A stretch of DNA of 64,000 nucleotides. It comes from Camelus dromedarius. Taxonomy: Eukaryota. Below the pieces are notes generated by a model. The model saw only the letters and a list, made by a program, of their open reading frames with translations. It had not been told where the DNA came from and ran no database searches. This document shows, in pieces, positions 25,881-39,000 of this stretch (its first letter is position 1; the number at the start of each line of letters is the position of its first letter). The stretch covers positions 103,852,001 to 103,916,000 of the forward strand of contig NC_087437.1 of NCBI RefSeq assembly GCF_036321535.1. Direction: 5' to 3'. Both the position numbers and the translations under genes were made by a program.

Positions 25881-27039
25881 TGATCTCCATTCCAGCTGCG
25901 TAATGGGATCATCTTTTTCTTCTTCTGCGAGGACTCTGGATAGGAATTTGGTGTCATTACTGAGCGTCTTTGGCTTTTGGGTAGAACAGGATATACTTCC
26001 AGTTTGAGTGATAACTAGAAATGGTCCCCAGTATCCTAGATGATCTCTACTGATTAAATGCTTTTTCACAGGCCACTGACCTCATCCACAGATGTAGCAG
26101 CAGCCCCAGTAAAACTTGGCTATGTTGCAGCTTGTATTCATGTGCTCTAAACAGTTACTTGGAGAAAAAGCTATGTAGATCATAGTTGTCATCATTCAAG
26201 CATGCATCAGTAATGTATTAACTGTAAAATGAAATGGGTAAAAATACATGTAAAAGGACTGGGGTATTAACATTTTGCTAATGAAGGGTAAGTAGTGAAA
26301 AGATTATTACGAATGGGCAAAACTAAGAAATTTATGTTTTATTAACCAAATTCGATTGGATATTGCATCTAGACATTTTAATAATTATAATTTATATACA
26401 TGTCACTATTTATTTCTCTCTGCTATATTAATATGAAATAATGAGTTTTTTTCTTCTTTGTTATGTAAAAAAAGTGGCTAAGCCTCGGTGTTTAAATACA
26501 AGGGCACAGATTTAGGAGTTACTAATTGCTTCTGTGTTGCACAATGGGAAATTGAAAATTCTACTAATAGGGAATATTTCCTCACCACCCAGTTTCGATT
26601 TTGAACCTGCATTCATTTAAGAAGACTCTTGTGATGGACAGCTCCTATACTTACAAAAGCTTTCAGTGTCCATTATTTGTAAGGACACTGCCACGAAAAA
26701 AGAGCAAAATTGACCATGATAAAGTCCCAGGAAATTCTCAAATTATCTAGTTATTCCTTTTTTCTACATAGCTAGGAAAGGACCCCAAATAACATGATTT
26801 AGATTGAGTTTCTCATTACAAGGGGAGTGATAATTTTATTTTTTTACCAGGAAAAATGTTGAATTGTAGTATCACTTGAATATATATGCTACGAAGAAAA
26901 TTTAAACCGGTTAGAGAATAGGTTATCTGATTTTGGTTTCTTGTGAGTTTGATAGCTGTTCATAGCTGGATAAATCCTTCATTGTGGGCTAAATATGTTC
27001 CCAGTCAGAATAATAGTGTATGCAGCTCAAACACGGAGT

Positions 27040-27470
27040 ATATTCTGTTCACGTGTTCAGTTAATGTCTACAGTGCACTAAGTACGTGAGAGGTCTTTTC
27101 AAAACATTTAGGACACAGCCATGGACAAAACAGAAAAATTACTCTATTCTTGGACATTACTATCTAGTTAACAGAGATAGTCAATGTACAAATTAAACAA
27201 CTGGGTAAGCAAGAGAAAACCAGTTTTTATAATTGCTATGATAAATGGAATCAACTAATTGATGTAGAGAGAACTGAGGACTACTCTATGTTGGATGGTC
27301 AGGGAAGGCCAATTGGAGAAGGTGGCATTTAAGCAACTGCTGGAATGAATTAGCTATTTAAACAGAATAACTTCTCAAGTAGAAGAAAATAGGATGAAGG
27401 TTCTGAAGTGATTTAAAAAAATTCAGTACAATCAAGGACCAGAAAGAAAGCCAATGTGGCTGGATGGTTT
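27040..27470 (-). mobile_element. L2 fragment
   Basis: ggacacagccatggacaaaacagaaaaa...ggatggtcagggaaggcc...gaaggtggcatttaagc...gaaagccaatgtggctgga. Confidence 0.75.
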
Positions 27471-28577
27471 ATCAAACTATGGCTTAGTGAGTTATGAAGA
27501 GTAAGCTCAGAGATGTTTTCAAAGATCTTGGGCCAAGTTGCAGCTTCAAGGGTTGGCCTCAGTATCAGTGGCCCTGGATGGAGATGGGGTTTCTAATTCC
27601 AGATGTTTCCACCCAAACCCAAATTCTCTCCACCTGCCAAATATGCTCTGTCAAATCAAGGCACTTATAATTGTTGTTGGTAATGACTGCTAATTTTTCT
27701 TTTCAAACCTTGTTAATTCAAATAGAGATTAAGGACGGTTTTTGAGAAAGTAAAACTTTTATTAAAAATATTTAAATTGATGAACTGAGGCTTAAGTTTT
27801 TGCTAATGGTATGGCTACAATTGATAAAAAAGAGGAAGCTAGCAGCTGGGATGGAGGGTAGTGACCATTTTATCATTCAGTATAAATAAAATACCTTCCT
27901 GAACATGATAGGGAGCTGCGTACTTTCTGAAGTGTACTTGCTGGAAAACCATTACAGTAATAATAAAGTTCATATTTTCAAACATCATTCTTTTCCTTTC
28001 ACAAGGTCAAAGCAACCTGCATTTCGCTAGGAATGTTCAGGTAGACAGAGTGTAGGTGGATGAATTACCCTCCAGGGGTGAAGCGATCACTGATCTCCTC
28101 CAGCACTTCATCTGTGAGGATTTACTGTTTTCTACTGAGGGTAGGAAATGAGAGACTGAGGGTTAACATTTTGTCCATTTGCATTCCAATCACTGAAATA
28201 ATAATAGCTGTACGGTTTCTAGAGTAGAAATGGTGCTTTAAAATAAGGGCTTTCTCTCAAATCTTAATACTTTCCGCTATAAACCCGAGGACCCTCCTTC
28301 CTAGATTCAGTGTTTCAGAGAACTGTTATTAGTTGAGTCAAAACTTTAAATGGTTTTGTTGTAAAATAAACAATTGGTAGATGGCATTCAATGAGAGGGA
28401 TGGTCTGAGAATGGTTTATTGTGACAATGCAATCACTTTCAGGTATTAAACTTCAGGATGGAAACTATAAATCATTCACCTTGCCAGAGTGAAGTTTGAC
28501 TTATTCCTGGGGTCAACATGGATATGGACACCAAGGGCAAATGAGTCACAATAACTGGATGAAAAAAGCCCGTAAGC

Positions 28578-28764
28578 TCACAGAGAAAAAAATGTGACAA
28601 TGAGTGTGTATATGTCCATGAATAACTGAAAAATTGTGCTGAACACTGGAATTTGACACAACATTGTAAAATGATTATAAATCAATAAAAAATGTTAAAA
28701 AAATTCCTAAATGGTTGTCTGATTAAAAATACTTAATATCACAACCTATAAAAAAAAAAAATAA
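28578..28764 (+). mobile_element. Young 5'-truncated L1 3' end carrying a putative 3'-transduced tag, flanked by a perfect 17-bp TSD
   Basis: gaaaaaagcccgtaagc at 28561-28577 and 28765-28781; L1 tail ends aatcaataaaaaatgttaaaaaaa (28703); 46 extra bases (28704-28749); second poly(A) at 28750-28761. Confidence 0.88.
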
Positions 28765-29179
28765 GAAAAAAGCCCGTAAGCATTAATCATGTCTATTTTT
28801 CACCTCTTGCACAAACACGTGCTAAATTTTCACTATTAGCAATTCTCTAATTATAGATTAGCCATGATTTTTTTTTGGCTATGTGATATATTATTTTATC
28901 ATACAGTATGTATTGACATATGAATGAATGAAGGCCAGTAATACATACCAAGCTTATAATGGGTTAGAAAAGTCTATTTTGTTTTTATCATTAAAATCAT
29001 TTTCATTGTTGTCTATAATCGATGATATGTACCAATTATAACTGTGTCCCTAATAACATGGTACTGAGGTGTTTTTGTCTGTTTTTACAGGTACAATGTT
29101 TAATCCACCTTATGAGAACAATGGTATAAATAACTATAAAGTTTATAATTCAATTACAGGCCCCTCAAGGTCTACAGAA

Positions 29180-29340
29180 AGTGTTTCTCAACTTTTAATG
29201 TGCATGTGAACCACATGGGATCCTGTTAAAAAGCAAATTCTAATTCAGTATGTATGGAGAGGAGGGGGAAGACTTTTATTTCAAACTCCATGGTGACACT
29301 AAAGCTTTCATTCTGCTGATCACAATTCAAGTAGCAAATA
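29180..29340. mobile_element. MER5-family hAT MITE
   Basis: agtgtttctcaactttt...gggatcctgttaaaaagcaaattctaattcagta...ggtgacactaaagct...ttcaagtagcaa. Confidence 0.75.
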
Positions 29341-29995
29341 ATGTAAGTATATCAATAGATAAAAGAAATATAACGTAAAATATTTTCAGTACTAAGAATG
29401 GTTACATTCCTACGTAATTTTTGTCTAAGTGAAAGAGACAAGAGGCAATGACATTTTCTAGTTCCCTTTCCTCTTTGCCTTTTTTCGCCCACATTTCTTA
29501 TTTCCATTTTAAATAAATACCTAAACTACAAATATTTTCACGAATGACTCATGCTGACTTCAAAATCAACAGTACGGCTGAAAATTAAAAGCACCTTTTA
29601 CAGTAATGTGTTCCTTCTGGGAAAAGGGTAACTTCTGGTGCCATTCTCCCCATCATTCTCACTCTCTTCTTCCTGCCTCTGGCCAAGGATGTAACAGAGC
29701 ATCCTCAACTGTACTCCTTTGCAAACGGGAGCGGTGGCAAAGATGAGTGCCAAAGACCAGGAGACTTAAAGACCACAGATGATCTCTTCACCTTTCACTT
29801 AATTTTTGGAAAATATTACAGTATAAACATTTGCTGTCATTCAAAATTTTTTCCCCCAGTCATTTCAAGGCATCTAAAAAATGTATTCAAAAATTAACAG
29901 CCGAACAGCTGAATGTACTCCATCTGGGGACCCTCAATAGACAATTCAGGAATGCTGATTATGCATTTTTTAGTTTGTTTCTATTCAGGGAGGTT

Positions 29996-30068
29996 ATATA
30001 TGTATATAATTTTGTATATATACACACACACACATACATACACACATACACACACATCTACATATATC
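29996..30068 (+). repeat. Compound (TA)n/(CA)n microsatellite
   Basis: Visible TA then CA/CATA runs. Confidence 0.85.
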
Positions 30069-31567
30069 TAAAAAATACAACTTCTGTATAGAATATATTT
30101 TTATGTGATTCTTTTTTCCTCTGAATTAGTATTTGCACAGTAATAATTACCACCTGCAGATCTCAAGGCAATGTAATGGCAGGTCAGCAGCTGCAGAAGC
30201 CACAGTAGCAGCTGTAACCTGGTTTTCAGAAGAGTTGGCATCATCTTTCACGGGTACACTTAAATTTGGTGTCAATACACAGCCAGATTTCAACTTTTGT
30301 AGAGTAGTCATAAGGATAATAGCGTAACAAAGAGTTACACTTATTAAATTTGAAAGCAGTGTCTCTTTTGCTTTGTCACTGTCTTCAAATGTATTATGTA
30401 GGTTTGATTACATTTGTAAAAACAACTGCTGCTACTGGAAATGTAAAAGTTTGAAATCTACAGAGGTGCATGCTTACAATAATAAGTTCCATTAAAGCAA
30501 TACTAACACATATGGAGGGATTTTAATTGTAAACTGGCTTATAAATTGATTTAGATGACAAAGTTAATAGTGCTGCGTCATGATTTAGAAAAGGTTAACT
30601 TGGGAGGGACACATGAATGAACATACTTTGAAAGAATTTTCATATACAGGAAACTTGTTCTCAGAATCTTCACAAGCAATCAGATATTTTTTGCAACTAT
30701 GTTAAGTGGACTTTTCAAAGCAATAAAAAAATAGAGTTCAGAAGATACTGTTTTCATGACAATGTCATAGCAGTAAAATAAATGTAAGGAAAACATATTA
30801 TTCACTCAACCTACAAATAATTGAAAAGCTTACAAATATGAGCAAATCCCTTAATTCATAAGCCTTATTTGTTAAATGTCCAATTAAATTTCATTTTAAG
30901 TCCAAGAACTATCCAATTTTTCCCATTTTTGATTTTAATAACAGTATAGTCTTAAGTATGATTATTAGATAAAATGTATTGAAATAAATTTCAACTTAGT
31001 AAATTGTACTGGACCTATCAACACTTGGCAATAATGTATATTTTGTTTAGTAGTGAACAGCAGAACTGACTTAGAGGTCTTTGAAATGAATCACTGTACC
31101 TTCTCCATTTTGTTCACTGGTTCACACATAAATTATACATATTATACATATATATTTATTTGACAAGTCAGTAAGTGGATATTAGTAAATTAATGATTGC
31201 CTATCAAAAGTGAAGCTGGTTATATGTATTCTTTGTTTAATAACCATTCAGGTCAATATTTATTATGTAATTGAATATAATTTTCTCTTTTTATCTCAGT
31301 CTTACAAAAATTTTCATGGTTTTTTTTACTTCGAATATTTTAGGAAGTGTCATGGCATTTCATCTTTCTTAGATGCAAGTGTGCTTTTTTAGGCTTAGGG
31401 TTACATGATTCTAAGTGACTGGATAAATTTGGTATTTTCAACAATTTTTGCTTTACTTTACTCATCAAATTTAATAACAAAATACATTTGTCATCAGACT
31501 GTATTAAACATAATCACCTATGATGATTCTTTTTTACTGAGCATAGTAATTTTTTCACTTTTTAAAC

Positions 31568-31772
31568 ATTTTTTATTAAAGTGTAGTTAATTTACAATGC
31601 TGTGTTGGTTTCAGGTGTACAGCAAAGTGATTCAGTTATGAATATATGTATTTATTTTTTCAGATTATTTTCTATTATAGGTTATTATAAGATACTGCAT
31701 AAAGTTCCCTGTGCTATACAGTAGGTCTCTGGTATCTGCTTTATATATAGTAATGTATATATGTTAATCCAA
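31568..31772 (-). mobile_element. Artiodactyl-type L1 3'UTR terminus, antisense
   Basis: tttattaaagtgtagttaatttacaatgctgtgttggtttcaggtgtacagcaaagtgattcagttat...gttccctgtgctatacagtagg. Confidence 0.88.
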
Positions 31773-32039
31773 AAATGAAGATTTTTTTTGAAATAAATGT
31801 AATGTGGAAATTAGTTTCTATAGTTCTTGTCCATGAGAATTTTACTTTTAGGTTTTTTCAGGAGTCATCACTTACTCATAAGGAAATGTCTACCTTACAA
31901 TAGTAGCCTATAAACCAAGCTTGACTTCAACTGTAAAATTTAGGATATTTATAATAAATTATGAAGTTTGACAATAATCAAAACCATGCTTGAGTCTTAA
32001 TGACCACCAAAGGTTAAGCCCTTTCCTGAATATGGAGAG

Positions 32040-32180
32040 GATATAGTGCAGTGTTTAAAGAGCCTAAATTAGTCATGTCTTTGAAAAATTATCTGCCATT
32101 CACTAATTTTGTGACTTGAAATTATTTACACATCTCTTTACCTAATTTTCTTCATTCATTTAGTGTATGGCACTTAGCAG
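32040..32180 (+). mobile_element. MIR fragment
   Basis: tagtgcagtgtttaaagagc...tctgccattcactaattttgtgacttg...cctaattttcttcat. Confidence 0.6.
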
Positions 32181-33959
32181 TCTAATGCTCCAGCACTTAA
32201 GATGAAATGCAGGAACAAGACCAGGAGTGAGAAACCTGGTTTGCACAGGGAAGAATTAGAAACATATTATTCACTCATTCATTCATTTATTCACTTGTTT
32301 ATTTTTACTTTAAAATTTATTTTTTCACAAAGATATAAAGATATTATAAGAAGCATTAATGTTTTTATTTTTTATTAAAAATGTTGAGTTTTAAGTAACT
32401 TTTCTTTTAATTAATACATTTATAAAATTTATTTTAAAATATAGAAAATTAGGAAACTCTAAAATTTTGCTCATCTATTTAATTTTCCTAATTGGATTTT
32501 TTTTTCTAATTAATTTCTTCCCTATGGCCTAAAATTTATTTTTAAGGTACTATATTTTTAATAACTTTTGCCAGATAGAAATCCTAATTTTCTATATTGA
32601 CAAAAGACATCTACATCTCCTTTAAATAGTATGTCCTATTACTAATAATGGAGAAAAAAGGGAAAACATTTACTAATAAAATCATACTTCTTAAAGGAAA
32701 TATTCAAATAACAAATAATTATTATAAAGTGTTCATTTCATGAAAATATGAATATCTAAGTGTGAAAAATTAGTAATAATTAAGTGTGTTTTAAATATTT
32801 CCATGGATTAATGTTAGTGCAACAGAAAAGACTAAAAATTGTTAATTTTCATCCTGCAGAATAATATGTTCCACAGATATAAAAGAGCTTTTATTTGTCT
32901 TAACTGCATAGTCTGGCATTACTTTATATATACATTAGTTTTGCAATTTCAATACATTTAGTTTTCATAATTTATTTTTTTGCTACTTATATGAAAAATA
33001 GTAACTCTTTATATGACAAATGAAAACAAAATATGTATCAAAAAAAGGCCTTAAAATCTTCTTTTTTTTAAAATAAAACTTTAAATTTCAGAAAAAGGTA
33101 ACTTTTTTCCTGATGTGATTTGAGTCCATAAAAATTGGTACTACAGGATAATTGCATAGTTCCATGTTCTCAACCATACTAAATAGAAGCAAACATACAG
33201 GGCCTGTAACACAGGTTTAAATTAAATCTATTTTTATGTTTCGAAGCCTAGCAATTTTCTTAATGTTATTTAACTATGGCATAACGTGCAAACTGTACTA
33301 ATAAATTAGAGGGTGAAGGAATGTGCTTCAGGTGTTAGTAGAAAATTTGTGCTGGTGATAGGCATTATTTTCTGCATTATCGAGCAACAATTATCTTGCT
33401 TCACATGTCACTGCAATATTTTTAAGTTTTATTTTCATCTGAAATGGCTTCTAGTTATCATGAGAACTACAAGTATGCTCAATTGCGTGGCATATTGCAT
33501 GTGTTAAGAAAACAGAAGCTGATCATTCCATTAATCCTAAATTAGACGAGTCTATACAGGTAGTTTCTGTGTTAGGAATACGAAGGTACAGATATATTTG
33601 TACTATTTATGTAACTATGTTGAAAGCATGCCACATTATTTTATACTTCTTCCAAAAATACGAACAATTAGGTAAACTGCATTTGGACTTAGCTGAGTAC
33701 TCTTAGTGTTTGAATGGAACATTGTGATTCCAACTTGGTTTTAAGTACATATCACATTTAAATACCTTCAAGTTGGATCATACTGAAAATAAAATATAGT
33801 AATTAGGTAATGCTATTAAAATATTTGTGTTTTTACTAGAATGTATCTTTATACCCATAAACATCTGTCTCTTTCTCTTTTTTATTGGTCAACCTATTTA
33901 TGACTAAAAAACCTACTTTTTCTTCTATCATCCACGTATTTCTCTCATATCTATGACTA

Positions 33960-34655
33960 AGATGATTGGATAAATATGGGTGAAATAAATGAAGAAATTA
34001 AGGATGACTTTGGGTTGCCTCCACTGAATAACTATCTGGATGATATATTTAAAGTAATGTTGTAATTGGGAGAAAGTCCATTCAAGAGAGACACAAGTGT
34101 TCAATTTTAAGTGGTAAAATACTGGGATATCAGTATGATGTCCAAACATGCCAGCTGATCTATAAGATCTATAACTAAAATATCTAGGCTACAAATGCAA
34201 GTCAGTAGTCATCTTCATAGAGAGTATTGAGTATTTTTTAAAGCCAGAGAAATAAATGAAGAAATTTAAACAGAATATAAAAATTAAAATAAGTACTCTA
34301 TGGACAATGAGGACAAATTTTGAAGAACAGAGGTTGATGTAGGAGAAAACAAAGAGTAACCAAAGAAGGAAGAGCTGGGATGGAATGGGGGTGGGAGGAC
34401 TGTGGTGAAGACCAGTTAAGTAAAGCAGAAGTATGTTAAGAAAAAAAAAAAATAGGTTGGGTCAACTGTGAAGAATACTGATGAAGGGTCAAGCAAGACG
34501 AAGATGTGGCAATATGAGATTACGGACCAGTCTGATAGCTCACTGTAGTTCTCTAGTGAATGAGAGATAGTAAATATGCCATTTTTTAGAAGATTCTTTT
34601 TAGAATTTGGCTATGGGGAGGGCAGAAAATGAAGCAGTAACTGGAGGGTGATGCT
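33960..34655 (-). mobile_element. L2 fragment
   Basis: aaggatgactttggg, gtgttcaattttaag, gtcaactgtgaagaatactgatgaagggtcaagcaagacgaag, gaatttggctatggggagggcagaaaatgaagcagtaactggagg. Confidence 0.7.
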
Positions 34656-34679
34656 GGAAACACTCTCACTTTTAAAACC

Positions 34680-37370
34680 ACTCCTGGTATTATAATTGAC
34701 AGTGAGATGCACAGAATTAAAATGGACAATGACTTTTGATAATTATCATTATGGATGTAAACAACTGTCAGATTAAGTTATAGAATCACTGATCTAAACA
34801 ATACCTAAATTAAGTTATAGAAACTTCTTCGCATTTCTTTTTTAGTTCATTTCTTCAGAATCCCCACACAGAAGCTACCGGTTTCAATTTCTGATTTGTC
34901 ACAATAGGTAAGTGTTATAGTTGCTGGGCCTTCGTAAAAAACTGAATCATACATTTTATATCAGGCTTTTTTTACCCCCTCAACATACAGCTTTTCAAAT
35001 TCATGAATATCATTATATTCTTCACTTGTTTATTATTTTTCATTGCTAAGCACTACTGCATGGTAGGAAAATACCCATTTAATCATCTTCCTGTTGATAC
35101 ATGTTCTCCTGTTGACGCACACATTTCTTTCCAGATTTGAGCTATTTTAAGGAACTGGATGTTAACACCATTTTTATACAAGTGTTTTACATGGCTTCAT
35201 TTCATTCAGCAGATATTTAGAAGTTAGATGGCTAATTGTTAGAGTAGTTGTCTATGTACTCAATAAGAAAATGACAAGCATTTTCATGGTGTTGGTTCCA
35301 TTTTACACTTCAGTTATGTATGCAAAGTTACATTTGGCTTTGCAGTCCTGCCCCTATTTAATATTGCCATGACATTGTCAGTCTTTTAATTTGCATCCAT
35401 GTTAGAATGTATAAATGATACCACATAGTTGAAACTTGCATTATTATATATATATAGCTTGAAAATATTTCTTCATTCTATAGGCTGCCTTTCCATCCTG
35501 TTCACTATTTCCATTGCTGCACAGAAGCTTTTTAGTTTGACGTAGTCCATTTTATCTATGTTTGTTTTTGTTGCCTGCGCTTTTGGTGTCAAATCTACTC
35601 AATATACCTTCTGAAAATAAAGACAGTGTGTTTTCTGCCTTTTTTTGTTTTGCTGAATCGCACTATGACATTTGGTAAAATATTAGTGAGCATGGTGAAA
35701 ACAGATTTCTTTGCCTTGTGCTCAAATAAATAGGAAAAGTGTGAAGTTTTAACATAAAGGATGATGATGGGTATCTGATTTTCTTACACACCCTTGATTT
35801 ATATTGAAAATGCTCTCTTCTATTACTGATTTGCTAACAATATTTAATCATAAATGGATTCTTACCTGTCCTTCTATTTTCTGTTCCTATTAAGATAATT
35901 ATATTTTATAATTTTTCTTTTACAAATTTTCCTTAATGTACTCAATTATATTCTTTCATCTTTAAAACATTTTTAAACCAATGTTGAGTGGGATAAACCT
36001 TATACAGACATAGTATATTATCCTCTATATTGCAGGTATATAGTTGGTAATATTTTGCTATGCACATCTAAGTTTATGAAAGATACTGGTCTATAATTTT
36101 CTTTTCTTGTAATATGCTTATCAGGCTTTGGTAGAGTTATGACTGTGTCAGTAAAATTACTTGATAAACACTTTTTGTCCTTTTTTTGAAAGAGTTTGTG
36201 TAAGCTCAATTTTGCTTTTCTCTTAAACATTAGGTAGCATCCAGTAGTTTCATCTGATTTGAAATTTTCTTTTTGGAAGAATTTTTTTTACTATAAACTC
36301 AAGTTTATATGATAGAAGATAAAATGCTACTTAGATTTTTAGGTTTTTGTTATGTAATTTTTTGGTTAGTTGTATTTTTCAAATAATTTACTTTCTTCCT
36401 CAGAGATGTTGAATTTTTAGGCACAATGTTGTGTGTGTGCTTCTGAGTGTGGTTTACACTAAAATGGTTAAAATTCTGTACCTTATCGAATGACAGTTAC
36501 TGGTTCACTTCTGATTTTGGAAATATGTGTTGTTTTCTCTCTTCTAAATCTTAATAATCTTGCTAGAGTTTATCAATCTCATTTTTCTTTTCAAAAAGTT
36601 AAGGTTTTCTTTTCACTGATTTTTTTTTGTTTAACATTTTATTATTTTCAAATTTTATCTTTATTCTTTCTTGTCTTCTTATTTTGGGCATAATTTACTC
36701 TTTCTAAAGATGAAAAACTATCTTATTGATTTTAAACTTTATTATTTAATTCATTTTTTTCCTCTGGTACAACTGTTTAAATCCATACATTTCCCAAAAA
36801 GCACTGTCTTTGCTGCATCTCACATCTTTCAACAGATTGTATTTTTATGCCCATTCAGTTGGAAATGTTTTATAATATCCAGAGTGGTTTATTATTTGAC
36901 TAATGCATTATTATCTGGGGATATTTCTACATATTGATACTGATTTTGTTCTGTTACTATCATTGTTCAAGAACATATGGTGCATTATTTCAGTCCTTTA
37001 AAGTGCATTGAGACATGTTTTGATGTCCTAGTTAGTATATGTAGTCTATTTTGGGGAATATTTATCTATTTTGGTGAATGTTGCGTATATTCGTGAAATG
37101 AATGAGTTGTCAGAAGTCATTACATTTAGTGAATAAATGTGAACTGGGTTAGGTTTTTGAGACTATTGCTGATATGTTTTATGCATTTGTGTTTTTTACT
37201 TTTTCTTTCAATTACTTAAGAAGGATTATTCAATTATTTGGACATATTTTTGGATTCTTTTTACTAATTTCCTTGGCACTTCTTGGTTTAACTGAGAATT
37301 TCTATTGTTTCTTTACAAATTATCTTTATTGGCTTTAAATTATAATTCCTTAATTTATTATGTAGTAGTT
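34680..37370 (-). mobile_element. Old L1 (L1ME-like) antisense, with a less diverged L1 piece at about 35460-35597
   Basis: ORF 36018-36230(-) contains ITLPKPDKHITRKENYRPVSFINLD (ORF2p); antisense 3' motifs ttccagatttgagctatttt and gcacagaagctttttagtttgacgtagtcc. Confidence 0.82.
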
Positions 37371-37379
37371 ATCCTAGAT

Positions 37380-37577
37380 CAGTGCTATCCAGAAACACTT
37401 TCTGTGGTGACAGGGATGTTTTACAGTCCTCACTGCTCAGTATGATAGCCACCAGCTACATAGGCAATTATACAACTGGGATGTGGCAAAAACAATTAAG
37501 AAAATGAATTGTTAAATTATTTAGTTTTAACCAATATAAATTTAAACAGACACATGTGATTCATGGCTGCCACACAA
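37380..37577. mobile_element. MER3-like hAT MITE
   Basis: cagtgctatccagaaacactttctgtggtgacagggatgtt...gatagccaccagctacatagg...acacatgtgattcatggctgcca, flanked by ctaga-containing Charlie-type target sites. Confidence 0.75.
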
Positions 37578-38244
37578 CTCTAGAGATTGCAATAAGCCTA
37601 ACTAAAGGAAACAATTTTCAAATGATATTATACTATGTCACATGTAATATGGTATAAGTACCAAATGTTAAGCTGAATTTTGTGATTGTAAATTTAGGGT
37701 GAAACTGTCAGCTTTAAAATGGGCTTTAATCTATCAAATTTTACTTGCTTAGGAAAATGTATGGAGAAAGTAAAGAAAATATTCTTCTGGAGTTGGAGAG
37801 TTTTTTTTTAAGGCTACTGGGAAGAATTTGAGATTTAAAAGATGCTACAGTTATTGGTAAGGATAAGATCTAACATGTGACATTAATCTGAGTGGCTAAG
37901 GTGAATTAAAAGCAAACATCACTATATTTAAGAAAGCAAAACAAAACAAAAATACAGAGATGAAGTGTTTTGCTTTCCTATAATGATGTGAAGTCTTTGA
38001 GAAAAAAAAAAAAAGAAAATTACCAAGATACCAAAGGATCATTACTTTTTCCCTTTACTAAAAACCAGTTTCAGGAGTGTTCTTGTAGAGACGAAGTAAA
38101 ATATTCATAGAATGTACTTATCACTGGGAGCTTAACATTGTAAGCTCTTGATTTATATTAGTTCTCTTAGTTATTGTTATCATTTGGCTTTTTAGAAAGT
38201 GCACTACTGCTGCTTTGAAGATAAAGAAAAAGATGAGGATGGCC

Positions 38245-38485
38245 CAAGTAGGAGTAAGATCATGAACCCCAAAACCTGACCTCTAGCTCAAAACTTGAAT
38301 TACCACCCACAAAACCTGGGAAAGAACTTTGTCACATTTTTTTTTAACCTCAGTTCATGAAAAACGAGGCTATAGTGTCAATTGCTTAGGGATTTTGCTG
38401 GAATGAGTTCATGCAAATATAGTACTGCAAACACCGGTCCTTAGTAAGAGGAAATGAATATTTACTAATGCTATTAATAATTAAA
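38245..38485 (+). mobile_element. MIR fragment
   Basis: aacctgggaaagaac...aacctcagttc...cttagggattttgctggaatgagttcatgcaaat. Confidence 0.5.
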
Positions 38486-38807
38486 TATTACTATGATTTA
38501 CATTCTTTGGGTTATCAGAGGACTATTTCTGAAGTTGTGGGGATTGTGCTGAGATATGGAGAGTAGAATGTAACTAGAAAATCAAATGAGGTACAGGACT
38601 GTTAGAAGACAACAGGAATGCGGGTTGCAAAGCATATTAGAAAAACTAAAGGAATTCCAGTGTGGACGAAACACAAGAATGGATAGAAGCCTTTGACAGC
38701 TTCAGATGGACATCAGATGGGGAAAAAACAAATTGGATGTGTGGTTTTACCCAGAGAGAAATAGAAAGGCATCAAATTGTTTCAAGTGAGGAATTATTGC
38801 CCATTTA

Positions 38808-39000
38808 TAGCAGGAATTGCAAATTCAAATGCCTGTATAAGATGGGTGACTACCACAAATACGTGAGGTGTCAAGGAAAAGACTCTGGAGTGTAATAAGA
38901 GCAGACACAGACTTAAATAACTTACACACAAAGGGAAACATCTAAAGTTGCCATTTTCCAGATTCTAATTTAAGGCAAAATATATCACTTTAAATGAATA
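38808..39000. mobile_element. MER102-like hAT fragment
   Basis: caggaattgcaaattcaaatgcct...gttgccattttccagatt resembles the MER102 left part. Confidence 0.4.

Noticed and set aside
25775..35126. Identical 16-mer tgttgacgcacacatt at about 25775 and about 35110
   Set aside because: One 16-mer match within 64 kb is about what chance predicts, and the flanks do not align.
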